IMG/VR virus record: IMGVR_UViG_3300046804_003518
Span: 96,001 to 160,000 of that record
Direction: 5' to 3' (one strand)
Source: a virus
DNA length: 64,000 nucleotides
Each line of letters starts with the position of its first letter. Position 1 is the first letter of the stretch. The notes beneath the pieces are model-generated. The model was not told where the DNA came from. It worked only from the letters and a program-made list of their open reading frames with translations, and did no database searches. Below are positions 46,417 through 55,919 of the stretch, piece after piece. The translations under genes were made by a program, and so were the position numbers.

Positions 46417-46919
46417 ATAAACAATTAGTCCTTGAACCAATGCCAGTTAAGTCTCTTGCTCCTGTAATGAGTAAGGCAACAATAGACTATCACCATGGGA
46501 CATTAGCTAAAGGCTATGTTGACCGTTTCAACAAAGGTGAAGGTGACCCAATCTTCAATAAGGCTGGCGCCTTCCTCCACAACATCTACTTCCCACAGTT
46601 CACATATCCATCGCAGACGAATAAACCATTTGGTAAGAGTCTACAAGTTATTCAAGATAAGTTTGGTTCCTATGCTGAATTCAAACGTGACCTAAAAGAT
46701 GTAGCAATGAAGATCCAGGGGTCTGGTTGGGTATATCTTTCGTTGAATGGTGAGATTAAAACTATTCCTAACCACCAAGAACGAAAGGATATTGCTCTAC
46801 TAATTGATTGGTGGGAACATGCTTGGGCTTTAGACTATCAAGCAGATAAAGCCAAGTATCTAGAAAACATCTGGTCTATCATTAACTGGCAAGTAATCAA
46901 CGATAGATTGAACAGTTGA
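46413..46919 (+). CDS. sod: Fe/Mn superoxide dismutase (compact)
   Basis: Metal ligands in YHHG, FLHNIYF and DWWEHA; QGSGWV. Confidence 0.88.
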   Translation: MNKQLVLEPMPVKSLAPVMSKATIDYHHGTLAKGYVDRFNKGEGDPIFNKAGAFLHNIYFPQFTYPSQTNKPFGKSLQVIQDKFGSYAEFKRDLKDVAMKIQGSGWVYLSLNGEIKTIPNHQERKDIALLIDWWEHAWALDYQADKAKYLENIWSIINWQVINDRLNS

Positions 46920-46944
46920 CATTTTAACGCCCTCTCTGTATAAT
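46916..46944 (+). promoter_or_regulatory. sigma70-type promoter
   Basis: TTGACA-N17-TATAAT consensus. Confidence 0.8.
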
Positions 46945-46976
46945 CAGCGTGTCGCCATTCTGATTAGGGTTATAGT

Positions 46977-48023
46977 ATGCTCTGGATTGATATTAAGTAC
47001 GCTAACCTTGCCTCCAGCAAGTTCCCCCGTTATAAGGTAAAAAAGCAGAAGCCGTTCCAAGCTAACTTCCGCTGCGTGTACTGCGGCGACTCTAAGAACA
47101 ATAAATACAAGACCAGAGGTTACCTCTTAGAGAACACTAAGGGGTATGTGGTGTATCATTGCCACAACTGTGGTGTGTCTACGAGCTTCGACAGTGCTCT
47201 AAAATTTGTCGATCCAGTTCTACATAAGGAATATGTTCTCGAGAAGTATAAGGAGAGAGCAACGCAAGTCGTTACCTCCACAGTTTCTGCGAACGTATTT
47301 CAGCCCGATATGTCTAAGTTTGCTAAGAGGAGATTTGAAAAGTTTGAACCATTGAAAGAGCTAAAGAAGGTCTCCCAGCTACAACCAGATCATATAGCAA
47401 AGAAGTATGTGGTCAGTAGACAGATCCCTTCTAATAAGCACTATATGCTTTACTACTGCCCTAAGTTCAAAGAGTTTACCAATAAGTTGATTCCTGGTAA
47501 GTTTGAGAACACAGACCATGATAGTGGTAGGCTTTTGATTCCACTGATTGACCGTGAAGGTACAATGTTTGGGTATCAGGGTAGAGCTCTCTCAAATGAT
47601 AAGATTAGATACATAACCATCGTTTTGGATGAAACAAAGCCAAGAGTGTTTGGATTAGACACACTTGATATAAACCAAGATGTGATTGTTGTAGAAGGTC
47701 CTATCGATTCATTATTCTTACCTAATGCTATTGCCATGGCTGGTGGTGACAATGGAGATGTTGAGAAGTTAGGACTAGATAGTAAACTTATTTTCTGCTT
47801 TGATAATGAACCACGTAACGTGGACACTGTCAAGCGTATGAAGAAGATGATAGATAAAGGATATAGAGTAACTTTTTGGCCAAGCCACATACAACAGAAG
47901 GATGTTAATGATATGGTCCTAAATGGGTTGAGCCAAGAAGAGATTTCAGGTATAGTATACAGAAATGCAAAGAAGGGCATAGAAGCTCTTCTAGAATTAC
48001 AAAAATGGAAGAAAGTGCAATGA
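46977..48023 (+). CDS. gp61: DNA primase (gp61)
   Basis: Zn finger CVYCGDS...CHNC; TOPRIM VVEGPIDS, FDNEPRN, KDVNDM. Confidence 0.95.
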   Translation: MLWIDIKYANLASSKFPRYKVKKQKPFQANFRCVYCGDSKNNKYKTRGYLLENTKGYVVYHCHNCGVSTSFDSALKFVDPVLHKEYVLEKYKERATQVVTSTVSANVFQPDMSKFAKRRFEKFEPLKELKKVSQLQPDHIAKKYVVSRQIPSNKHYMLYYCPKFKEFTNKLIPGKFENTDHDSGRLLIPLIDREGTMFGYQGRALSNDKIRYITIVLDETKPRVFGLDTLDINQDVIVVEGPIDSLFLPNAIAMAGGDNGDVEKLGLDSKLIFCFDNEPRNVDTVKRMKKMIDKGYRVTFWPSHIQQKDVNDMVLNGLSQEEISGIVYRNAKKGIEALLELQKWKKVQ

Positions 48024-48211
48024 CTGAAACAAGCGATACAAAAGTGTGGACTACGGAAGTAGTCGAAGATGAGAACAGTGATACAGTTCTATTATTTCCG
48101 CCTGACTTTTTAAGTCGTGTTGGATGGAAAGAGGGTGATACTTTAGCATGGGTAGTATCTGATGATGGTATGTCATGCTATATTCGTAAACTACAAACAC
48201 CCGAGGGCTGA
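48020..48211 (+). CDS. AbrB/MazE-like small protein
   Basis: LLFPPDFLSRVGWKEGDTLAW. Confidence 0.6.
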   Translation: MTETSDTKVWTTEVVEDENSDTVLLFPPDFLSRVGWKEGDTLAWVVSDDGMSCYIRKLQTPEG

Positions 48212-48212
48212 A

Positions 48213-49994
48213 ATGAAATATCTAGACATCAACATCGACTTATCAAGAGACGAACTATTTGACGATCATGGCATGAAGAGAATGAAAGACTCTTATATGC
48301 GTGACGATGAAACGTCTCCACAACATCGCTTTGCCTTTGTATCAAAGGCATTTGGTACTGATGAAAAGCATGCACAGAGATTGTATGACTATTCATCTAA
48401 GCATTGGTTGTCTTATTCCACACCTATTCTTTCTTATGGTAGGACATCTAAGGGATTGCCTATCTCTTGCTTCCTCAACTACATGGACGACTCATCTCAG
48501 GGTCTTGTAGATACACTTTCTGAAACTAATTGGCTATCAATGCTTGGTGGTGGTGTTGGCATTGGTCTAGGTATTAGATCAGCTGACGAAAAGTCTACTG
48601 GCATTATGCCTCACCTAAAGATCTATGATGCTTCTTGCTTGGCCTACCGCCAAGGTAGAACTCGTAGGGGTTCTTATGCTGCCTATCTTGATATTGGCCA
48701 CCCAGATATTATTCCATTCTTGGAAATGAGAAAGCCAACTGGTGATCAGAATATTCGTTGTTTGAATCTTCATCACGGTATTAATATTCCTGATAAATTT
48801 ATGCAGATCATTGAGAAATGCATGACAGATCCAACAGCCGATGATACCTGGGAACTTGTTGACCCAGCATCTGGTGAAGTGAAGGAGAAGGTCTCGGCAA
48901 GAGAGCTTTGGCAAAAGATTCTAGAACTTAGAATGATGACAGGCGAACCATATCTTCACTTTGTTGATACTTCCAACAAGTATCTACCAAAGTGGCTAAA
49001 GGATAAGGGGCTAACAGTTAGGCAGTCAAACCTTTGTTCTGAGATCATTTTGCCAACAGATAAGAAGAGGACAGCTGTCTGCTGCCTATCGTCTGTTAAT
49101 CTTGAGTATTATGATGAGTGGAAGGATGATAAGAAATTCCTTCGTGATGTAGCTGAGATGCTAGACAATGTTCTTCAACACTTCATCGACAATGCACCAA
49201 AGCCAGTTCATAGAGCTGTCTATTCTGCCACTCGTGAAAGATCAATTGGTGTTGGTGCATTAGGGTTTCATGCCTATCTTCAAAAGAATATGATGCCATT
49301 TGAATCAGCAATGGCTAAGTCTGCCAACATGAGAATGTTTAAGAACATAAGAGAAAAATTAAATGAGGCTAATAAACAGCTTGGAAAGGAACGAGGTGAA
49401 GCCCTTGATGCAGAAGGCACTGGGTTGCGTTTTAGTCACCTTATGGCTGTTGCTCCAAACGCTAGTAGTTCAATTATTATGGGTAACACTAGCCCATCAA
49501 TCGAACCTTATAGAGCAAATGGATTCCGCCAGGACACATTATCCGGCGCCTATTTCTATAAGAACAAATACCTCAACAAACTATTAATGTCTAAGGTTAA
49601 GGAAGATGAACTACCTGAGATCTGGTCTTCCATTATTGCTAATGATGGTTCTGTCCAGCATCTAGATTTTCTCGATGAATATGAAAGGGATGTCTTTAAG
49701 ACTTCGATGGAGATTGATCAACGTTGGATTGTTGAGCATGCTGCCGACCGTCAGCAATTTATTGACCAGGGTCAGTCAGTCAATCTATTCTTTAGACCTA
49801 ATGTTAATATCAAGTATCTTCATGCTGTACACTTTTTGGCATGGAAGCATGAACTAAAGACACTCTACTATTGCCGTTCTGAAAAGATTGGTAAGGCAGA
49901 TAAGGTTGCCAAGAAAATTGAGCGTGAGATCATTCAAGAGATTGATATCAAGGCTCTAACAGAGGGTACTGAATGCTTGGCGTGTGAGGGTTAA
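48213..49994 (+). CDS. nrdA: Class Ia ribonucleotide reductase alpha subunit (no ATP cone)
   Basis: SYSTPIL, PISCF, SNLCSEI, VCCLSS, APNASSS, LYYCR, C-terminal CLACEG. Confidence 0.95.
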   Translation: MKYLDINIDLSRDELFDDHGMKRMKDSYMRDDETSPQHRFAFVSKAFGTDEKHAQRLYDYSSKHWLSYSTPILSYGRTSKGLPISCFLNYMDDSSQGLVDTLSETNWLSMLGGGVGIGLGIRSADEKSTGIMPHLKIYDASCLAYRQGRTRRGSYAAYLDIGHPDIIPFLEMRKPTGDQNIRCLNLHHGINIPDKFMQIIEKCMTDPTADDTWELVDPASGEVKEKVSARELWQKILELRMMTGEPYLHFVDTSNKYLPKWLKDKGLTVRQSNLCSEIILPTDKKRTAVCCLSSVNLEYYDEWKDDKKFLRDVAEMLDNVLQHFIDNAPKPVHRAVYSATRERSIGVGALGFHAYLQKNMMPFESAMAKSANMRMFKNIREKLNEANKQLGKERGEALDAEGTGLRFSHLMAVAPNASSSIIMGNTSPSIEPYRANGFRQDTLSGAYFYKNKYLNKLLMSKVKEDELPEIWSSIIANDGSVQHLDFLDEYERDVFKTSMEIDQRWIVEHAADRQQFIDQGQSVNLFFRPNVNIKYLHAVHFLAWKHELKTLYYCRSEKIGKADKVAKKIEREIIQEIDIKALTEGTECLACEG

Positions 49995-49995
49995 C

Positions 49996-50625
49996 ATGAA
50001 GTTCGAAATCAGAGATGACTTCATTGGTGTATTTGACCAAGCATACTCCCAAAAGCAATGTGATGATTACATTCGGTTCTTCAAGAATGCTGAAAAGGCA
50101 GGTCTAGTTGTCAATAGACAATCGAGCGAAAATGTTTCACCATTTAGCAAAAATGATCTTTCCACAACGGCAAATGGATTGCATGTTTCTCAGTTCATGC
50201 TGGATAAAAATCCAGAACTTGCTGAAGTCTATATGCACTCCAATGAGTTTTCAAAAGTCTTAATGGAACAATGCTTGAAGGAATATTGTAGAGTATATCC
50301 AGGATTAGCTGGATTTCCTGATGCTGAAAAGAAATTATCAATTCAAGATTCTAAGGTTCAGAAAACAGTACCAGGTCAAGGATACCACGTATGGCATCAC
50401 GAGCATGGTTTTGGTGGTAGAGCCCATAGACGTTTATTAGCCTTTTCTCTTTATTTGAATGATGTGGCTGAAGGTGGCGAAACAGAATTTCTATACCAAA
50501 GAGTAAGATTTAAACCAGTAATGGGTCAGATGTTAATTTGGCCAGCATACTTCACACATGCCCATAGAGGCAACCAGCCACTTAGTGGCGAGAAATATAT
50601 TGTAACAGGGTGGATCGAAAAATGA
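49996..50625 (+). CDS. 2OG-Fe(II) oxygenase
   Basis: GYHVWHHE, LYLNDVAEGGETEF, IWPAYFTHAHRG, KYIVTGW. Confidence 0.85.
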   Translation: MKFEIRDDFIGVFDQAYSQKQCDDYIRFFKNAEKAGLVVNRQSSENVSPFSKNDLSTTANGLHVSQFMLDKNPELAEVYMHSNEFSKVLMEQCLKEYCRVYPGLAGFPDAEKKLSIQDSKVQKTVPGQGYHVWHHEHGFGGRAHRRLLAFSLYLNDVAEGGETEFLYQRVRFKPVMGQMLIWPAYFTHAHRGNQPLSGEKYIVTGWIEK

Positions 50626-51602
50626 CAACAAAACAACAACTAATACTAACAGATGAAAGAAGCTACTTCAAGCCATTCAATTATCCATGGGCCTATGATG
50701 CTTGGCTAAAGCATGAGCAGAGTCATTGGCTACATACAGAAGTGCCAATGAATGAAGATATGAAGGACTGGAAGAATAAACTCAATGACAATGAGAAGAG
50801 TTTCCTAACTCAGATCTTTAGATTCTTCACCCAGGGGGACATTGATGTTGCTGGTGGTTATATTAAGACCTACCTTCCATTCTTCCCACAACCTGAAGTT
50901 AGAATGATGTTGGCTGGCTTTGCTGCTCGCGAGGCATTACACGTTGCTGCTTATTCTCATTTGATTGAAACTTTAGGTATGCCGGAAGATACATACAATC
51001 AGTTCCTAGAATATCAGGCAATGAAGGATAAGCATGACTATCTAGCAAAGTTTACAAAGAGTGATAAGAAGAGAATTGCACAGAACATTGCTGCATTCTC
51101 TGCCTTCACAGAAGGTATGCAATTGTTTAGTTCATTTATTATGCTACTTAACTTTCCACGACATGGCAAGATGAAGGGAATGGGCCAGATCATTACCTGG
51201 AGTATTGTTGATGAAACTCAACATGCTGAGGCAATGATTAAATTATTCAGAACCTATATCGAAGAGAATAGGGAGCTGTGGAATGATGAACTTAAATCTG
51301 AAATATATACTATTGCGACTAAGATGGTGGAACTCGAAGATCAATTTATTGATTTGGCGTTCCAGGTCGGGCCGATGGAGGATCTTACTTCAGAAGACGT
51401 CAAGAAGTATATCCGATACATCGCTGATCGCCGTCTCATATCACTAGGTATGAAGGGTATCTTTAAGGTCAAGAAGAATCCATTGCTGTGGGTTGAGGAG
51501 ATGATTAATGCTCCTACCCATACCAACTTCTTTGAGAATAGAGCCACTGATTATGCTAAGGGTGCGTTGAGTGGAACGTGGGAAGATGTTTGGGCAGATT
51601 AA
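50622..51602 (+). CDS. nrdB: Ribonucleotide reductase beta subunit
   Basis: FFTQGDIDV, EALHVAAY, FTEGMQLFSSF, DETQH, NFFENRATDY. Confidence 0.95.
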   Translation: MTTKQQLILTDERSYFKPFNYPWAYDAWLKHEQSHWLHTEVPMNEDMKDWKNKLNDNEKSFLTQIFRFFTQGDIDVAGGYIKTYLPFFPQPEVRMMLAGFAAREALHVAAYSHLIETLGMPEDTYNQFLEYQAMKDKHDYLAKFTKSDKKRIAQNIAAFSAFTEGMQLFSSFIMLLNFPRHGKMKGMGQIITWSIVDETQHAEAMIKLFRTYIEENRELWNDELKSEIYTIATKMVELEDQFIDLAFQVGPMEDLTSEDVKKYIRYIADRRLISLGMKGIFKVKKNPLLWVEEMINAPTHTNFFENRATDYAKGALSGTWEDVWAD

Positions 51603-52149
51603 AGTCTTTGATAACTATGTTCCTAACTTTGTAACAGAAACAATTACAAAGATTGTTGTTGGTTCAAAAACATTAACCAATGAAACAACCAATGCCAACG
51701 GAAAGTTATCTTTCTTTTTAAAGATTGATGGTACTAGCCCCGGAATGGTAAGCCTGGCCTCTCCAATATTTGACGTTGGAGCGGAAAGTAATAATTTTGA
51801 GCTCAGAAAGACCATACACAAACTTGCAACTGAAAATATATTAGCCCACCCTCTACTCACTGGCTTTAAACCATACAGAGCCAGAATATATTTTCAGTTT
51901 CCAATGGCTGTAGATCATGACCACAAGAGCCCTCATGTTAATATGAGAGGTCCTCATCTAGTGGCGTTGCTCTATCTTAATGATAGCGATGGTACAACTG
52001 CTTTTTATAATGATGATGAATCTTTACGAATGGAAGTTGAGCCAAAGAAAAATAGACTAGTAATATTTGATGGTTGTATAAAGCACGGAGTTGGTATTCC
52101 AAAACACTCACCACGTATGGTATTAACATACGACCTTATTGCAGAATAA
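51586..52149 (+). CDS. 2OG-Fe(II) oxygenase-like protein
   Basis: PHVN (HxD-like), LLYLNDSDGTT, PKKNRLVIFDG..KH. Confidence 0.7.
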   Translation: MFGQIKVFDNYVPNFVTETITKIVVGSKTLTNETTNANGKLSFFLKIDGTSPGMVSLASPIFDVGAESNNFELRKTIHKLATENILAHPLLTGFKPYRARIYFQFPMAVDHDHKSPHVNMRGPHLVALLYLNDSDGTTAFYNDDESLRMEVEPKKNRLVIFDGCIKHGVGIPKHSPRMVLTYDLIAE

Positions 52150-52152
52150 TTT

Positions 52153-52959
52153 ATGGGCTCAGTAATTGTTAAAGGTCATAAAATAAAAGGCGAAAAAGTT
52201 GTTGGTGGGAATAGTATGGAATTAGATAGAACCAATCATAAGGCAATGGGTGACACTGGTAAGATTCGTCACGCATATATCATCTATATTAATAGGCCTG
52301 AATCTATTCAATATGCAAACGAATGTGCTAGGTCTTGCGAACAATATGGTTTACCATATACGCTTTGGGAAGGCGTTAATATGGAAACAACAAGAGGTGA
52401 GGATCTAGAGAAGGTTACTGGATTCATCTGGACATCAAGAACCCCTGAAATGGGATGTACGGCAAGTCATCTTAAACTTTGGAGAACACTTGCTGAACAG
52501 CCACATGCTTGCTGTGTGTTTGAACATGATGCAATACTAAAAGATAAAATCTACGATACAGAGATACCAGATAATAAACTTGTTATGCTTGGGTATAGAG
52601 TATTAAAAGCTGAAGATTATGAAAGACCAGATGACCCAGTTACATTTATGGATATCAATAAGTTTGAAGGGACTCATGCCTATGCAATAACACCTGCTAT
52701 GGCAAGGCATATGATCGAAAGAATGGAAGGGTTTTATACAAAAGAATTTGGTGGTGTTAATACAACAATTGATGGTATTCTTTCCATCCATGATAATTTT
52801 GGAATAGCAAGATGTGTCATGGACCCACCACCTGTGGTGTGTGTAGTTGGTGATAGGATATCAACTATTCAAGGTAGGCCAGCTGCCTACAATGCCAGCG
52901 TGTCCCCTGGTTTTATGAAAGGATTGAAAGCTGAACCTTTGAGGATCACTGCTAGCTGA
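52153..52959 (+). CDS. Glycosyltransferase family 25-like
   Basis: YIIYINR, GCTASHLKLW, VFEHDA, GTHAYAITPAMA. Confidence 0.75.
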   Translation: MGSVIVKGHKIKGEKVVGGNSMELDRTNHKAMGDTGKIRHAYIIYINRPESIQYANECARSCEQYGLPYTLWEGVNMETTRGEDLEKVTGFIWTSRTPEMGCTASHLKLWRTLAEQPHACCVFEHDAILKDKIYDTEIPDNKLVMLGYRVLKAEDYERPDDPVTFMDINKFEGTHAYAITPAMARHMIERMEGFYTKEFGGVNTTIDGILSIHDNFGIARCVMDPPPVVCVVGDRISTIQGRPAAYNASVSPGFMKGLKAEPLRITAS

Positions 52960-52985
52960 TACATAAATATACCAAGAGGTATATT

Positions 52986-53381
52986 ATGTGGCTATACAAT
53001 GATAAAGAACTTACGGATGAAGACACCAAAGGGTACTATGGTTTCATCTATGAGATTGAGTGCTTAGTTAATGGTAAGCTCTATCTAGGCCGTAAGTATT
53101 TTACTAAGGCTGGTACCAAACAAGTAAAGGGTAAAAAAAGAAAGACACGTAAGGAGTCTGATTGGAAAGACTATTACGGGTCCTCTCCTCGTTTATTAGA
53201 GGATGTAGAGAAGTTAGGTAGAGATAAGTTTGTAAGAAGAATTGTTCGTCTCTGTAAGACAAGAGGTGAAACAAACTATTGGGAGGCTAAGCTTCAGTTT
53301 GCCAATGAAGTGTTGGAGTCAGACAAATATTATAACGACAACATCCTGGTGAAATTCACAAGGAGGAATATTGGATTATGA
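52986..53381 (+). CDS. GIY-YIG-like domain protein
   Basis: GFIYEI...KLYLGRK, WKDYYGSS, E...QF, YYNDNI. Confidence 0.7.
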   Translation: MWLYNDKELTDEDTKGYYGFIYEIECLVNGKLYLGRKYFTKAGTKQVKGKKRKTRKESDWKDYYGSSPRLLEDVEKLGRDKFVRRIVRLCKTRGETNYWEAKLQFANEVLESDKYYNDNILVKFTRRNIGL

Positions 53382-53821
53382 AAGTAGGATTCACTTGTTC
53401 GACGTTTGATTTGTTTCATGCTGGTCATGTGATCATGTTGAAGGAAGCAAAGACGCAATGTGACTATTTAATTGTTGGTCTACAGACAGATCCAACAATT
53501 GATAGAAAGGAAAAGAATAAACCAGTACAAAGTATTTTTGAACGATATGTCCAGTTACAGGCTTGCAAGTATGTGGATGAAATTGTTGTGTATGCTACTG
53601 AGAAGGACTTAGTGGATATTCTCCTAGCCTATCCAATTAATGTTCGTATTCTAGGTAATGAATATGAGCATAGAGATTTTACAGGTCGTGACCAATGTAT
53701 TGAAAGGGGCATTAAGTTCTACTTTAACAAAAGAGAACATACATTTTCTACTACCGAACTTCGCCAAAGGGTTGTGGAAGCAGAAGCAGAAAAGACGGTA
53801 AAACAGTACGGGTTGCCGTAA
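53378..53821 (+). CDS. Glycerol-3-phosphate cytidylyltransferase-like (TagD family)
   Basis: FDLFHAGH, LIVGLQTDP, ACKYVDE, HTFSTTELR. Confidence 0.85.
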   Translation: MKVGFTCSTFDLFHAGHVIMLKEAKTQCDYLIVGLQTDPTIDRKEKNKPVQSIFERYVQLQACKYVDEIVVYATEKDLVDILLAYPINVRILGNEYEHRDFTGRDQCIERGIKFYFNKREHTFSTTELRQRVVEAEAEKTVKQYGLP

Positions 53822-53878
53822 CCTGTTGATTTTATTAGGAATTTAGTTGTTGACAAGTTGACCGGATGTGCGTATAAT
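53818..53878 (+). promoter_or_regulatory. Operator-like motif plus consensus sigma70 promoter
   Basis: GTAACCTGTTGATT at 53818; TTGACA-N17-TATAAT at 53850-53878. Confidence 0.85.
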
Positions 53879-53885
53879 GGACCTC

Positions 53886-54266
53886 ATGTTAGTATACACT
53901 CGTGCTCGCTTCAAGCCTAAAAAGAAGCGCAAAGTTCGTGGCGTCATTGCAACTAAGTATGATGCCAAGAAATATGCTGATACGAAATCAACATACATTC
54001 CTACCTATACCGGGCGCTCCCTTCGTCCTGGTAGCGAGACCGCAATGCAGGCTCAATCACTACAAACTAACGCATGCTTTACAACTAAGCATTCTGTAAT
54101 GGATGCTGCCATGTTAGCAAGAGAGCCAGAGCATGTTCGTGAGGCAATCATTGCTAAGAGTAAGCGGATTGCTATTGCCTACAATAAGGGTGCCTACCAA
54201 TATGTTACAGACGACACTGATCCTAAAACTATTGGCAGTGGTGAGAGGTTGAGACGCGGTGGCTAA
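53886..54266 (+). CDS. Basic hypothetical early protein (probably leaderless)
   Basis: ATG 7 nt after the -10 box; SKRIAIAYNKGAYQYV. Confidence 0.65.
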   Translation: MLVYTRARFKPKKKRKVRGVIATKYDAKKYADTKSTYIPTYTGRSLRPGSETAMQAQSLQTNACFTTKHSVMDAAMLAREPEHVREAIIAKSKRIAIAYNKGAYQYVTDDTDPKTIGSGERLRRGG

Positions 54267-55104
54267 TGCATTAGTTGTTTTTACACCTAGAAGCGGAAGC
54301 ACCATTGTTGGCGACCTTCTTGCCCATAAGTACGATGCTGTAAATCTGGATGAGGCACTAGGTGGTCAGATTAGAGGACCACTAATTAAAAGAATTCCTC
54401 CAGATGTAAAACATTGTCTTGACCAGTTCAATGTCCTCAAACGAGGCTCAAAGGTTCTTGAAATTGGTCCTGATAGTGCAAAGATTGCATGGGGTGAAGC
54501 AGTACAATTTTATGACGATGGTCTAGCATGCTTTGATCAAATAGCAGCAAAGCATTCGATTGTGGTTAAATGTTATCCTACTATCGGCATACCTGGTGTA
54601 AAAATTATCAACTGGGCAATCAAAAATAACTTTGAGTTGTATTTCACATATAGAAGAAATTTTGAGGAACAACTCTATAGCTACACCTTAGCAGAATGTA
54701 GAGAGAAGTTTTATAATAATATTGCTAAAGCTGGCAAACTAAAAATGCCACCTTATGCCGGCTTCTTGAATACAAAGGGTAGCACTAGAGTGGAGTTTCC
54801 ACCTGTAGAGTATCCTATTCAATTGGCAATGCCTCTAATTATCAGGTTGTGTGGAATAAGAAGTCTATGGTCTTCGTATTATAGAACATACGGTAGATAT
54901 GGTAAGGTGTTGTGTTACGAGGACACCATACAAAAAAATGATTTCAGTGCTCTTGGTATTACTGCCGAGCAATTTAAAGAATATTCCGATAAAGATTCAT
55001 CTTTAAGACCATCCAATGAGTATGTATTGGGAAAGCAAATTAAAAATTGGGAACAAATTGTAAACATAGCCCGCAACTATCATATCGAGCAAGACGATGA
55101 ATAA
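54259..55104 (+). CDS. Sulfotransferase-like P-loop protein
   Basis: FTPRSGST (5'-PSB-like), YRRNFEEQLYS, CYED. Confidence 0.6.
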   Translation: MANALVVFTPRSGSTIVGDLLAHKYDAVNLDEALGGQIRGPLIKRIPPDVKHCLDQFNVLKRGSKVLEIGPDSAKIAWGEAVQFYDDGLACFDQIAAKHSIVVKCYPTIGIPGVKIINWAIKNNFELYFTYRRNFEEQLYSYTLAECREKFYNNIAKAGKLKMPPYAGFLNTKGSTRVEFPPVEYPIQLAMPLIIRLCGIRSLWSSYYRTYGRYGKVLCYEDTIQKNDFSALGITAEQFKEYSDKDSSLRPSNEYVLGKQIKNWEQIVNIARNYHIEQDDE

Positions 55105-55918
55105 CCTTATTCTTTTTACCAATAGATCAGGTAGTACCGTTCTATGTGATATGATAACATACGCAAATGAAACAATGAATCTTGGTGAGGCTACCCACTC
55201 AACCATTCGTAAATACAATTACAATAAACCAGAATATAGGCAAACAGATCTTTATAAAGCCCTTACAGATGATAATCTTACATTCAAGTATCATAGTTTA
55301 GAAACTAGAGGATCTGATCATGTTGGCTTTGTCAAAGCTAAGTCAAAAAGACTTGAACTAATTAAACAAACTTCTATACCATGGACTGCTAAAGAGAACA
55401 CTGAAAAACAAACAATTGATTTTGATTTTGTGGATTACTGCATTAATAATAAAAATATTAATGTCTACATGACCCACAGAGAAAATATTGTCGATCAGTT
55501 TATATCAACTATCAACGCAAGATATAGAACAGAGATTGCAAAGTCAGGTACTTTCATTTATACGAATCAGCAGACCCAGCGTCCATATGAAACAATGGAA
55601 GTAAAATTTAGCTGGTTATATCTCTATCTCAATGTGTTTATTGACCAGCTGTTGATGTGGAGATTTTTATACGATAAGTATAAACCACATATCAAACTCG
55701 TATCATACGAGAAAGAAATCAAACCAATGAAGTTTGAAAATATTGGAATTAGTTCAAGTATTGTTGACAAATACAAAAAGGAAACGCAGTACCTAGTGCC
55801 TACACCATACAACACATCAAAGGTAATAGTTACTGATGACCACCCAAAACCAATTGTTGGTGCTTGGGAGCAATCATTATATTACGTTGAAAAATTTAAA
55901 CATCTAGTGGAGATTTAA
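55097..55918 (+). CDS. Sulfotransferase-like P-loop protein (paralog of the upstream gene)
   Basis: FTNRSGST, NLGE, HRENIVDQFIS, VSYE. Confidence 0.6.
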   Translation: MNNLILFTNRSGSTVLCDMITYANETMNLGEATHSTIRKYNYNKPEYRQTDLYKALTDDNLTFKYHSLETRGSDHVGFVKAKSKRLELIKQTSIPWTAKENTEKQTIDFDFVDYCINNKNINVYMTHRENIVDQFISTINARYRTEIAKSGTFIYTNQQTQRPYETMEVKFSWLYLYLNVFIDQLLMWRFLYDKYKPHIKLVSYEKEIKPMKFENIGISSSIVDKYKKETQYLVPTPYNTSKVIVTDDHPKPIVGAWEQSLYYVEKFKHLVEI

Positions 55919-55919
55919 T

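Noticed and set aside
11020-49994. Inteins or group I introns in gp43, gp41, uvsX or nrdA
   Set aside because: The ORFs are uninterrupted, of expected size, and show no intein or homing-endonuclease motifs.
52986-53381. Mobile homing endonuclease
   Set aside because: It has only a short GIY-YIG-like domain without a DNA-binding tail or intron context, so it is treated as a resident phage gene.
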